DNA of 64,000 nt, from the NCBI GenBank assembly GCA_031370005.1, contig JANMPT010000021.1, positions 64,001 through 128,000 of the forward strand, in the 5' to 3' direction. Below are positions 37,858 through 47,710 of this stretch, one piece after another. Each line of letters begins with the position of its first letter. Within the stretch, counting starts at the first letter, position 1. The stretch is from Bdellovibrionales bacterium. GTDB lineage: Bacteria > Bdellovibrionota > Bdellovibrionia > Bdellovibrionales > Bdellovibrionaceae. The notes under the pieces were generated by a model. That model was not told the DNA's origin, did no database searches, and saw only the letters and a program-made list of their open reading frames with translations. Made by a program: the position numbers and the translations under genes.

Positions 37858-39321
37858 ATGAACAACGCTTTAATTGTAAAACAACGTCTGAAAAATGGAA
37901 CTACCAAGACTTGGAAGCTTCGTTCTACTCAGTCTATTTACACCTTTGGTGGTTCTAGACTCGCCGACGTAATCTCTATCTCCCCTACTTCTCAAGGTAT
38001 GCATGGGACTTTTGAATGTCACGATGGCAAGTGGTGCTATATTGACATGAACATGAATAACATCATGTTCGGTCAAGATTGCCGTATTCCTCTAGAAACT
38101 GAAAAAACACTTGAGATAGACGACTCAACTTTATACATAACCCCTGTACACAAAGAGGCTGATCTTTACCAAAGGCTCGAAAAGAATTCTCATGAAAACA
38201 ACGGTCATAAAAAACCGTATCAACTCTTTCTTGTTAAGCTCCATGATAAAGTGATTGAAACTCGCGTCTTGCCAATGGGCCAAAGTTTTATTCCAGAAAT
38301 GGCTATCACAAAAAAAGTTATTCCAGCAAAAGACTCTAGCTCTTGGATTCAATACACTTTAGATCAATATCTTGTTCGCCAAAAAACAGTGTATCTTACA
38401 TCTGAAGAAGCAATGACTCGCCTTACGGCAAGCCAGTTTGTCGATAAAGATACTAAAAAAGGTCTTTTAATTCTACTTATGGCCGCATTTATGATTGGCG
38501 GCCTCTCTTTGATGGCTCCAAAACAAGAACAAGTTGCTAATGTTGTTATTCCTCCACCAGCGCAAAAAGTAATTGTTAAACTCGATCATACAAAAAAAAT
38601 CAAAGTCGCTGAAGCTGTTAAACCAGCCCCGTCCCAACTACCTCCACAAGCCCATAAAGAAATACAAAAAACAGTTAGTGGACCTGTTGGCTCTAGCAAA
38701 GTCGCAAATATGTTAAAAGCTGTTGCAGACCCACGGATTTCGCGTCTAATCGGAAAAGTTTCTGCACAAGCTGCCAAAAGTGGCAATGTAATCATCTCTA
38801 ATGGCATTAAAGCCGGCTCAGGTGCCAGCGGTCGTTCACTTGCAGCAGTTGGTAACATAGATCGTTCTGGTCGTGATTATGGAACAGACTCCACAGCTCA
38901 AGGCGTAATGATTTCAACAGCTGGACGAGGCGGTGGTAAAAACACGTCTGGCATAGGTGGCCTTGGTGCGGGTAACACTGGTAATGGTGGAGTGGGCTTG
39001 ATCGAAGAAGAAAGTGAAGTTGTTGGTGGTTTAGATCGTGAAGTGATCGCTCAATATATCAAATCACAACTTGGTCAAATTTTATATTGCTATGAAAGAC
39101 AACTCAGCGCCAATCCAGATCTCTTTGGTAAGGTCGCCGTCAAGTTTACGATTGCTGGGACCGGACAGGTTGAGACCCAAACTATTGGGGATACAACACT
39201 TAAAAATGCGACCGTTGAGGGATGCATTTTGAATAAAGTTGCAAAATGGAAGTTCCCAGCCCCGGCAGGAGGAACAAAAGTGCTCGTCACTTATCCATTC
39301 TTATTTAAGAGCACAAACTAA
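37858..39321 (+). CDS. GltG/AgmX-like protein (degenerate FHA, TM, Gly-rich linker, TonB_C-like domain)
   Basis: C-terminal GLDREVI...YCYERQL..GKV.VKFTI...CI...WKFP.P.GG..V.YPF (AgmX/PglI C-terminal type) and a central TM. Confidence 0.85.
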   Translation: MNNALIVKQRLKNGTTKTWKLRSTQSIYTFGGSRLADVISISPTSQGMHGTFECHDGKWCYIDMNMNNIMFGQDCRIPLETEKTLEIDDSTLYITPVHKEADLYQRLEKNSHENNGHKKPYQLFLVKLHDKVIETRVLPMGQSFIPEMAITKKVIPAKDSSSWIQYTLDQYLVRQKTVYLTSEEAMTRLTASQFVDKDTKKGLLILLMAAFMIGGLSLMAPKQEQVANVVIPPPAQKVIVKLDHTKKIKVAEAVKPAPSQLPPQAHKEIQKTVSGPVGSSKVANMLKAVADPRISRLIGKVSAQAAKSGNVIISNGIKAGSGASGRSLAAVGNIDRSGRDYGTDSTAQGVMISTAGRGGGKNTSGIGGLGAGNTGNGGVGLIEEESEVVGGLDREVIAQYIKSQLGQILYCYERQLSANPDLFGKVAVKFTIAGTGQVETQTIGDTTLKNATVEGCILNKVAKWKFPAPAGGTKVLVTYPFLFKSTN

Positions 39322-39339
39322 TACGGAGGCACAGAAATA

Positions 39340-40089
39340 ATGAAAACTCTCATACTCACGTTGATGCTTTTAGGGAGTTCCTTTGCACACGCACAAACAC
39401 CCCCGCCGGCCACCGGTGGAAACGATAAGCTTGACATTAAAAAATTAGAACAAAAATATTGGTCCGCAAAAGACGATGATTTTGCTGTCGTTCAAAATAG
39501 ACGCTATACAAAGGCAAAAAGATTTTTCTTAAGCGGTAATTTTGGAGTTCCATTCAATGATCCTTTTAGTTCTGGAAATATTTTTGGCGTAACTTTTGGT
39601 TACTTCTTCAATGAACGCTGGGGTTTTGATATAGACTATAAAACCGCAAACCTACACGACAACGATGCGACATCCCAGTTCATCAACCAGTATGGAACAT
39701 ATCCAGACCATAATATTTTTAAGTCATCACAAATCATATCTGTAACTCTGGTCCCATTTTACGCAAAAATGAGTTTCATGGACACTTCTATTATCTATTT
39801 CGATATGGGCCTCTCTGTCGGCGCTGGAACTTTGGGATATTCCATTCAAAGAGGCGATGGCAACCAGGAAGAAACAACAGCAGTTGCAAAGCTGTCCGTA
39901 TTTCAACAAATTTTCTTTTCTGAGCACTTTGCATTACGAGCTGATCTTTCCAATACCTGGTCAAATCAAAAGCGTATGAAATACTATCTTCCAGGAGATT
40001 CGTCACATGGATACACTGGGGTTCGAGATTTAGGAACAAAAATGATCAATGATACATCACTGTTATTGGGTGTTACTTATTGGTTCTAA
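39340..40089 (+). CDS. Outer membrane beta-barrel, GltA/GltB/GltH-like
   Basis: Signal peptide, AVVQNRRY.K, NDPF, PFYAKMS, alternating beta strands and terminal YWF. Confidence 0.8.
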   Translation: MKTLILTLMLLGSSFAHAQTPPPATGGNDKLDIKKLEQKYWSAKDDDFAVVQNRRYTKAKRFFLSGNFGVPFNDPFSSGNIFGVTFGYFFNERWGFDIDYKTANLHDNDATSQFINQYGTYPDHNIFKSSQIISVTLVPFYAKMSFMDTSIIYFDMGLSVGAGTLGYSIQRGDGNQEETTAVAKLSVFQQIFFSEHFALRADLSNTWSNQKRMKYYLPGDSSHGYTGVRDLGTKMINDTSLLLGVTYWF

Positions 40090-40120
40090 GTATTGATTCT
40101 AAGTAATATTAGGGAGACGT

Positions 40121-42196
40121 ATGAAAAAAAATAAAATGGTACTTGCTTCACTTATTGTAAGTGTGTCTGCAGGGACTGCGCACGCACAAAAAGCAAAAAC
40201 CTATATGAAAAGCAGTAACGTCCCTGCGTACAAGTTTGTTCAAAACAAAAAGAAAGTCACGGAAATTCCTCGTCTTAATATTGACTCTGAAAAAGAAGTT
40301 CAGGCTAATATTAAAGCTTTGCAAATAACAGAGGCCGGAAAACTGAATTTAAACCCGATCGCAAAAAAGCAGTCTCCTCCTGTGTTGCAAGTCTCCATGG
40401 ATTTAATGAAGCCTCTTCCTATTGCTGGTGTTAAATCAGTAACAAGCAATAATGCTATCCAAAACATTCCTGATTTGAAAACCATCGACGAAGCTACTGA
40501 GCCTAACTTAGAAGTGGTAGAGACAAAGTCGCAACTCATTCCCCTTGAAAAAATGAAGCCGAATGACTATAAAATGCTTCAGGCTCTAATTTTTTTGGAA
40601 TACCAAAAAAATTATGAATTGGCGCTTGGACTCTTCTCTGAATTAATGGAAGACCCTGAGTACCGTACAGAGGCTTGGTATAACTATGCTCTGACAGCAA
40701 AAGGCCTTGGTATTAACTCTGAATTCCGAATGGGTATGATTAATGTAACGACTGAAACAAAAAGCAAAGAATGGCAGGAAAAAGCAGTTCGTCAGCTGGT
40801 TGATAATATTAATATCTTAAAAGTATCTGATATTAAATATATAGACCCTCTGATTACAAAGTATGAAATCGATACGACTCAAAACGAAGCCTATCAAATG
40901 TACCGAGCAAAATACTATTTGGAAGCTGGCCAACTGGATCAGGTTGAAGATGCCTTGCTTTTCATTAGTGAAAAATCAATCAACTATCCTGAAGCTACTA
41001 TGATCAATGCACTTTCCTTGTACCGCCAAGGCAAAGTTGATGATGCGATCATTACTTTAAACAAACTAATGGAGCTAACGGACGGAGATAAAAAAGGAAG
41101 CATTCATAACGTTGGGGCTTTAACTCTTGGTCGAATGTATTTTCAAAAAGGTGCCTATAAAGATTCTTTTCAAGCATATTTGAAGGTTGAAAAATCAAAT
41201 CCTATGTGGTTACAGGCAATGACAGAACAGGCCTGGACACAAATTATGGCTGAAGACTATGAAGGTGCCGCAGGAAATATGTTTTCACTTCATACAGATT
41301 TCTTTAAAAATGCATTTGCACCTGAATCCTACACTGTGCGCACCGTGGGTTACCTGAACCTCTGCCAATATGGTGATGGTATTCAGGTTTTAAGTGAGAT
41401 GAAAAAGAAGTTTGCACCATTAAAAGGGCGACTTGCTAGCTATCAAGAGGCTAATGACAAAAACCCAATTCACTATTATGAAACAATTAAAGCCTGGATG
41501 AAAAATGTCGATCGCAAAGAAGTCGATGGATTGCCTCGTCCCTTTATAGTAGAAATGGCCCGCCACCCATCTTTTACAGTCCCTCAAACAGAAATAAATA
41601 CTACTGAAGACGAAATTACACGTTTTAACAGGGTCACTTTAACCTTGCTACAGCGAGAAAAAGCAGTAATGAAAAAAGCCAGCGAAGCTGGTAAAGAAAT
41701 CAGTGAAATCCGAAAAAAACTTATCGACGACAAAAAATCGTCCTTACTTCAAGAGAGCTTAGCTAAAGCAGAGAAGCGCAAAATGAGTTTTAAAATTCAA
41801 CAGTTTATTGCTCAAAAAGCACGTACATCTATCAAAAAACTTCGCGAAATGGGTGTCGCACGTATGGAGAAAGAAAAGAACGAGCTTCGTGAACAGGCAG
41901 GCACAGCCTTGAAAAACCGCATGACTCAACTTGCCGGCAACTTAAATCGTGTCCTTGAGCAAAATGAAGTCCTTGCTTATGAATTGTACTCCGGAGCTGG
42001 TGAACACATCCGTTACCAAATGGCCGGTGGTAATATCACTGAAAAAGAACGCCCGGAATTAAAGGTAGAAGCAGGAAAAAGCTTGAACTGGAAATTCCAA
42101 GGTGAAATCTGGGAGGATGAAGTAGGCCACTACCGATCATCACTGAAAAATGTTTGTCCGCAAGAGGACAAGATTACTAGCTTAGATAATAATTAA
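40121..42196 (+). CDS. TPR protein, GltC-like
   Basis: Signal peptide, TPRs (LTLGRMYFQ, EQAW, PE...Y.NLC) and C-terminal W.FQGEIWEDEVGHY...NVC. Confidence 0.75.
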   Translation: MKKNKMVLASLIVSVSAGTAHAQKAKTYMKSSNVPAYKFVQNKKKVTEIPRLNIDSEKEVQANIKALQITEAGKLNLNPIAKKQSPPVLQVSMDLMKPLPIAGVKSVTSNNAIQNIPDLKTIDEATEPNLEVVETKSQLIPLEKMKPNDYKMLQALIFLEYQKNYELALGLFSELMEDPEYRTEAWYNYALTAKGLGINSEFRMGMINVTTETKSKEWQEKAVRQLVDNINILKVSDIKYIDPLITKYEIDTTQNEAYQMYRAKYYLEAGQLDQVEDALLFISEKSINYPEATMINALSLYRQGKVDDAIITLNKLMELTDGDKKGSIHNVGALTLGRMYFQKGAYKDSFQAYLKVEKSNPMWLQAMTEQAWTQIMAEDYEGAAGNMFSLHTDFFKNAFAPESYTVRTVGYLNLCQYGDGIQVLSEMKKKFAPLKGRLASYQEANDKNPIHYYETIKAWMKNVDRKEVDGLPRPFIVEMARHPSFTVPQTEINTTEDEITRFNRVTLTLLQREKAVMKKASEAGKEISEIRKKLIDDKKSSLLQESLAKAEKRKMSFKIQQFIAQKARTSIKKLREMGVARMEKEKNELREQAGTALKNRMTQLAGNLNRVLEQNEVLAYELYSGAGEHIRYQMAGGNITEKERPELKVEAGKSLNWKFQGEIWEDEVGHYRSSLKNVCPQEDKITSLDNN

Positions 42197-42212
42197 TTAT
42201 AAGGAGACGACC

Positions 42213-42881
42213 ATGAAGAACGTACAGAACTCTAAAAAAATGCTCGCGAGCTTCCTCATTGGTAGCTCTTTTCTAATTAGCTCAGTCGTGTTTGCTGAAA
42301 CGACAGCAAAAGCAGGACTTGAGAAAATTAAAAATAATGTCACCAACTCTAAAGCAAACCTGGGTGAATACCAAAAAAATCTTAAAACTGTAGTCAAAAA
42401 TATCGGCGAAATTCAAAAAGCAAAATCACAGGTAGATGATCAGAGAAAAACTGTATTATCGCAATATGAAGAAAATAAAAAATCCATAACCAAGGTCGAT
42501 TCTCAAGAGAAAGAGCTCCGCGCTTTGATGGCAGAAGAAAAAAATAAAAAAGCACTTGAAGAAAAGAAACTTCAAGAACTTCAGGCAGTAATGAGCAAGC
42601 TCCAAGACAACATCACAAAACGAGATGCAAATCTAACAGACTACGAAACACAAATGAGTTCAATTCAAGAAGAAAAAAAAATATGGACTTCCCGAGGCGA
42701 ACAAATCAGACAACAAGGTGCTCTTGTTGACCAACGCAATCGCTCTTTAGCAGGCTCTGAGAACGATTGGAAAAACAAGAAAAAAGGTTATGAGGCCGAG
42801 GTTGGTCGTTGGTTCAAAGAAGTTGACCGCCAGCAGAAACTTCAAGACAATTATACTTCACTAACAGAAGTGAGAGACTAA
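42213..42881 (+). CDS. Secreted long coiled-coil protein
   Basis: AAGGAG SD, signal peptide and about 190 aa of K/E/Q-rich heptads. Confidence 0.75.
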   Translation: MKNVQNSKKMLASFLIGSSFLISSVVFAETTAKAGLEKIKNNVTNSKANLGEYQKNLKTVVKNIGEIQKAKSQVDDQRKTVLSQYEENKKSITKVDSQEKELRALMAEEKNKKALEEKKLQELQAVMSKLQDNITKRDANLTDYETQMSSIQEEKKIWTSRGEQIRQQGALVDQRNRSLAGSENDWKNKKKGYEAEVGRWFKEVDRQQKLQDNYTSLTEVRD

Positions 42882-42932
42882 TTCCAAGATCTAATTCAAT
42901 TGGTAAAGAGCTCTCCTTCAGGGAGCTCTTTT

Positions 42933-43433
42933 ATGTCTAAAGCACCGTTAAGCCTTTTTAAGACAAATTTATTTTTAAAAGCCTATGGTTTTTTTAAAAT
43001 CCCCCTTCTTGCATATGTTAACCCAAAGTGCGTGGAGCTCTCCCCGACTCGCAGTGTGATTAAAATTAAGCTTAAACGCCGCAGTCAGAATCATCTCAAG
43101 GTCATGTACTTTGGGGCCCTGGGCATAGGAGCTGAACTCTCCATTGCAATAACTGCGGTGGCTTCTATTTATGAAAGTGGCCAAAAAATTGATTTTATTT
43201 TTAAGGATTTTAAAGCAAATTTCTTAAAACGCTGTGATGGCGATGTGTATTTTATTTGCGATGAGTCCGATAAAGTGCGCGCGCTCATTGAAAAATCAAA
43301 AACTACGAGCGAAAGACTTGAGGGCAGTTTTAAGGCCTATTCTACGGTGCCTTCCAAAAGCAAAACCGACAAAGTGGCCACCTACGAGCTGACCCTTTCT
43401 GTGAAAAATCGCTCTAAGGCAGTGACAGCTTAG
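42933..43433 (+). CDS. Hotdog-fold (DUF4442/PaaI-like) thioesterase family protein
   Basis: KIPL, NHL..MYFGAL..GAE and F.KR motifs. Probable start ATG 42933. Confidence 0.75.
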   Translation: MSKAPLSLFKTNLFLKAYGFFKIPLLAYVNPKCVELSPTRSVIKIKLKRRSQNHLKVMYFGALGIGAELSIAITAVASIYESGQKIDFIFKDFKANFLKRCDGDVYFICDESDKVRALIEKSKTTSERLEGSFKAYSTVPSKSKTDKVATYELTLSVKNRSKAVTA

Positions 43434-44409
43434 CTGCCTGATATTCAAAGATCAATTTGTGGTAAATTTCAGCTACTGATATAATATCATCAACCAATCC
43501 CACGGATTGCCCCGCGCTCCATACCGTCTTCCATGAAGGATTAGTTGCAGATTCTTCAAGAGCTCTCATTCCCATCAAGTGAATCAATGGCACTATATAC
43601 TTCTTAGTCATGAGATTATTCTTAAGAATTTTAAGTAGCCAAGGAAGATCTGTACCCAACTTCTTAATATATTCTGTATTAATAACTGCAGCTGGAGTTC
43701 CTGATACCCTTGTTGTCATAACGATATCCTCAGGGGTGGCCTGAAGCACGGCCTTCTTATAAGCCATATCCACACTTGCTTCTTGTGAGGCAATAAAACG
43801 CGTCCCTACGCTGACTCCAGAAGCGCCTAGGGCTAAGCAGGCCGCAATCTGCCCGCCATGGGATATTCCCCCAGCCGCAACTATGGGAATATGCAATTGG
43901 GTTTTTAACCAGGGTATCAGAACCAAAGGAGAAATTGGCCCAGCATGGCCCCCCGCCCCTGCTCCTACTGCGACCACGCCATCGGCACCGAGGTCTTGAA
44001 CCTTTTTAGCAAACTCAAGGTTAGTTACATCGCAAATTACTTTCGCTCCATTTTTATGCGCATCTTGAATGATAGATTTAGGATTTCCTAAAGAGGTAAT
44101 AAACAACTCAACACCAGCATCCAAGGCAATTTTCAGATCGCCCACTTGTCGGCTATTACTTTTATTTACGATAATATTAACCCCGATGGGATTTTTTGTA
44201 CGCTTTTTAATATTTATTAGAGCCTCTTTGTACTTTTCCGGCGGTCGATAATTCAAGGAAGGAAAGGTCCCGATCCCCCCCGCTTCACTGGCGGCAACAA
44301 CAAGATCCTCGTTACTTACTAAAAACATTGGAGCCGCAATGATGGGATTTTGCGTCCCCATGAGTTTAGAAAAATCTGTCTTAATCAAAAGGGGGTTGCC
44401 TTCAGCCAT
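43414..44409 (-). CDS. Nitronate monooxygenase/FabK-family flavoprotein
   Basis: PII.APMFLVS, GAGAGGHAG, AAGGI, GTRFIAS.E and WSAGQ. GGAGG SD before ATG 44409. Confidence 0.88.
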   Translation of the reverse strand: MAEGNPLLIKTDFSKLMGTQNPIIAAPMFLVSNEDLVVAASEAGGIGTFPSLNYRPPEKYKEALINIKKRTKNPIGVNIIVNKSNSRQVGDLKIALDAGVELFITSLGNPKSIIQDAHKNGAKVICDVTNLEFAKKVQDLGADGVVAVGAGAGGHAGPISPLVLIPWLKTQLHIPIVAAGGISHGGQIAACLALGASGVSVGTRFIASQEASVDMAYKKAVLQATPEDIVMTTRVSGTPAAVINTEYIKKLGTDLPWLLKILKNNLMTKKYIVPLIHLMGMRALEESATNPSWKTVWSAGQSVGLVDDIISVAEIYHKLIFEYQAAKLSLP

Positions 44410-44449
44410 AGAGCCTCCATAATAAATTATTCTAAAGGATTTTCTAAGC

Positions 44450-45250
44450 TTATTGAAGCTTTTTACACTGACGAGCATAACTGCGATCACAGACTAAGGA
44501 GTCATCACTTTGGCAGGACTCCGCCGCATCCGTTTGCCACATCTCTGCGCTCAGACACTCGTCTGCAACTTTACCAACCTCTGCGGAGTCAATATAGGAT
44601 TTCAATCGTTGGCCTTCAAAGGACTCTTCGGATAAATCTTCAGAATTATCTGCATTATTATCTTCAGGAAAATCCTCGCTTTGAACTTGATTCACATTTT
44701 GAATTTGAGAATCTATATTTTCCTCGCTTGCTACAGTCTCTGTGTTACTGAGAAGCCTTTGCATATCAGTAAAAACCTCAGTAAGATCTGATGAGAACTT
44801 AGCAAAGTCCACCCCATAGGTCTGCAAACCTTGGGTGTGCCGCTCTTCAAAAAGCTTCTCTGGATCTTTGCCATATTGAACAAGGTCCATCTCGTCTTTG
44901 GTCATTTGCAACACACTATTCACAAGTTCTTTTTTATTTTGAAAATCAAGAGGGGCTTTTTGAACTTGTTCAAAATAACGAGCTCCATCAAGTAAAATCA
45001 GCATTCGTTCGATAGAACCTTTTACTGAAACCCCCTGTTGCTTATTTGCTTGAATCTCTGGAAGAGCTGATTGGTAAAGATTATAGACTTCACTTTGGCT
45101 GAGCTCGTCGGATTGAGCAATTTTACTAAACCAATGAAGACCGCTGGGAAGGTCTTTTTCTAAAATTTGAAGGGCATATTGAGCCGGCGAGTCGGCTAAT
45201 GCACCCCAAGAGATCAGCATCACAGTGAAGAAAAAAATCACTCGCTTCAT
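44450..45250 (-). CDS. Hypothetical secreted protein
   Basis: Signal peptide (ALA|D), helical body, acidic linker and a four-Cys tail. Confidence 0.7.
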   Translation of the reverse strand: MKRVIFFFTVMLISWGALADSPAQYALQILEKDLPSGLHWFSKIAQSDELSQSEVYNLYQSALPEIQANKQQGVSVKGSIERMLILLDGARYFEQVQKAPLDFQNKKELVNSVLQMTKDEMDLVQYGKDPEKLFEERHTQGLQTYGVDFAKFSSDLTEVFTDMQRLLSNTETVASEENIDSQIQNVNQVQSEDFPEDNNADNSEDLSEESFEGQRLKSYIDSAEVGKVADECLSAEMWQTDAAESCQSDDSLVCDRSYARQCKKLQ

Positions 45251-45417
45251 AGGATGTTTTATATCACTAGTTTTTACTCATCGCCCCTACGGAATAGAGT
45301 AAATGAAACATCTTCTGATCTGTCAAAATTATTGACGACTATTTTCTTCTTTAAAATGGAGCAGAGGCGCTTTCTCATTTTGCCAAGTAAGCCCTTTTTT
45401 GTTAAAGTTTCACATAT

Positions 45418-46443
45418 ATGGCTGAAAAACCTCGCTTTTTGATCATTCGTTTCTCAAGCTTTGGAGATGTGACTCAAAGCCTTAGTATTCCGTCTGCTAT
45501 TCAAAAGTCCTATCCGAATGCGGAGATTCACTGGATCACTCGAAAAGACATGGCCCCATTACTTTATCATCACCCAGCAATTCATCGCGTTTGGGAGTAT
45601 GATCGCAAAAAAGGTCTAGTTGACCTTTGGTCTTTACTGAATGAAATGAGCAAATTTCGCTACACGCATATTTATGATGCACATAATAACTTGCGTTCAC
45701 ATATTGTGTATTGGAAACTTGGCCTCTTTCGTTCCTGTAAGTTCATTCGAAAATCACAACATCGTTTGAAACGATTTTTGCTTTTTAGACTTCGTGTAAA
45801 CACCTACGAAATGCCCTTTTCAGGTCAGAGAGACTTACTTGAGCCCTTGATACCTTGGAGTATCTCAAAAACACTTCCACCTGCCCCTCAACTTTTTATT
45901 GATCCAAATGATATGACCAAAGCCGAGGCTCTTCTCGATGACTGGAAAGATAAAAGCTATGTGGCAATAGCACCTTCTGCAGCTTATTTCCTAAAACGCT
46001 GGCCAGTGAATCATTTTAAACAACTCATACAAAGTCTGCCGGATTTAAATTTCGTTTTATTAGGCGGAGCTGAAGATTATTTTATTGAAGAACTTCAAAA
46101 AGTTGCACCGCAGAGAATCCTAAATACTGCGGGCAGAGCCACTTTAACTGTAAGCTCTGCACTTATAAAAAAATCACGTCTGCTAGTTAGTAATGACACA
46201 GGCCTTCTTCATGTTGGCGAGCAACTTGGCAAACCCGTAATTGCATTGATGGGACCAGCTCCATTTGGCTTCCCCTCCCGTCTAAGCACTAAGATTATGG
46301 AGATAAAACTATCCTGTCGGCCGTGCAGTAAGCATGGACAAGGGCCTTGCGTAAATAAAATCTATCAACAATGCCTCGTCGATATTACACCCGAACAAGT
46401 GGCTCGCGAAGTAGGTCACAAACTTGAGGTTATAATTGATTAA
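45418..46443 (+). CDS. Glycosyltransferase family 9 (heptosyltransferase-like)
   Basis: IIRFSSFGDV, KRWP, SNDTGLLH and CRPCSKHG..C...C. Confidence 0.92.
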   Translation: MAEKPRFLIIRFSSFGDVTQSLSIPSAIQKSYPNAEIHWITRKDMAPLLYHHPAIHRVWEYDRKKGLVDLWSLLNEMSKFRYTHIYDAHNNLRSHIVYWKLGLFRSCKFIRKSQHRLKRFLLFRLRVNTYEMPFSGQRDLLEPLIPWSISKTLPPAPQLFIDPNDMTKAEALLDDWKDKSYVAIAPSAAYFLKRWPVNHFKQLIQSLPDLNFVLLGGAEDYFIEELQKVAPQRILNTAGRATLTVSSALIKKSRLLVSNDTGLLHVGEQLGKPVIALMGPAPFGFPSRLSTKIMEIKLSCRPCSKHGQGPCVNKIYQQCLVDITPEQVAREVGHKLEVIID

Positions 46444-47710
46444 GTTTTTTTATATTTTTTTTCTTTATCCATTCGCCTATATAATTCTGCAGGCACTTCA
46501 AGTCTTCATGGGTAAAAAAAACAAGCAGTTAGTGACATATAAAAATAATAACTTTTTCGAAGTAAGAAATCAAAGCTCTCAGTGGATTAGTTTGAAACGC
46601 CCCTTTTGGATTCATGCTGCCAGTGGCGAGGTCGAGTACGCTAGACCCATCATTCGTGAACTAAAAAATACTTATCCAGAGATTCCCATCATAGTTACTT
46701 TCTCATCTCCTTCAGCAAAAAAAATTATCATGGGAATTGCCGATATCGAGGCCTGGGGAATTCTTCCCTGGGACTTTGAAGAGTCTTGCCTTTCATTTTT
46801 AGAAAAATGGCAACCTCGCTGTTGCTTAATTGCCCGCACTGATGTGTGGCCTGTAATGGCCTCCTGCTGTCATAAAAAGCAAATCCCGAGCCTTTTGTTT
46901 TCAGCCACTTTTGCAACAAATAGCTCTCGACTGAAGGGCCTTTCTGCAAAGGTTACTCGCTGGGCCCTAAACAATCTTTCTGAAATTCACTGCGTTTCTA
47001 CTGAGGACGCCATTCAATTGGAGCAGCTCAAGTTACAAGTACCCGTTCATGTTCATGGTGATAGCCGTTTTGATCAGGTCTTTTATCGCTTGCAGCACCC
47101 CAAATGTATTAAGAAAGAGCTTCGCCCCAGTCAAAATGATAAAATTTTAGTGGCAGGATCAACATGGCCTGAAGACGAAAAAGTACTTCTACCTGCCTAT
47201 TCCAATATGAAAAATAATTGCAAACTGATCTTAGCTCCCCATGAAATTCACGAATCCCATATGAAGCTCTTGGAAAATCAGTTAAAAATTTTAGACCTTA
47301 GTTTCTGTAAATACTCCGCAGCAACTTCTTGGACAACCGAAAATGTTTTGATTATTGATCAGATCGGCATTCTTGCAGAGCTTTACACCTGGGGAACTTT
47401 CGCTTTTGTGGGTGGCTCTTTCCGTAAACAAGTCCACAGCGTTATGGAACCGCTTGCGGCAGGTCTTCCGGTCCTAGTGGGACCTTATCATCATAATAAC
47501 CGCGAGGCCCTATTGTTTAAGGAAAAATCTGTCAATGGCCAAAGAGTGGTGACTGAAGTCATCGACGAAGAGGGCCTGGCCGCGCAACTTGCAATTTTTC
47601 TCAAGAAGCTAGCTCCTTCATTTTCTAAATCGCTTGTTTACGAACTTGAACAACATCTCCGCTCCAGCCACAGCGTACTAGAGTGGTGTACACGGAAAAT
47701 TGATGAGTAA
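46436..47710 (+). CDS. waaA: Kdo transferase
   Basis: WIHAASGEVE, GDSRFD, AGSTW.ED, APH, GILAELY, FVGGSF and EP. Confidence 0.93.
   Translation: MIKFFYIFFLYPFAYIILQALQVFMGKKNKQLVTYKNNNFFEVRNQSSQWISLKRPFWIHAASGEVEYARPIIRELKNTYPEIPIIVTFSSPSAKKIIMGIADIEAWGILPWDFEESCLSFLEKWQPRCCLIARTDVWPVMASCCHKKQIPSLLFSATFATNSSRLKGLSAKVTRWALNNLSEIHCVSTEDAIQLEQLKLQVPVHVHGDSRFDQVFYRLQHPKCIKKELRPSQNDKILVAGSTWPEDEKVLLPAYSNMKNNCKLILAPHEIHESHMKLLENQLKILDLSFCKYSAATSWTTENVLIIDQIGILAELYTWGTFAFVGGSFRKQVHSVMEPLAAGLPVLVGPYHHNNREALLFKEKSVNGQRVVTEVIDEEGLAAQLAIFLKKLAPSFSKSLVYELEQHLRSSHSVLEWCTRKIDE

Noticed and set aside
43414..44409. Calling the flavoprotein fabK
   Set aside because: FabK and nitronate monooxygenase-like proteins cannot be separated by eye, and there is no fab gene context.
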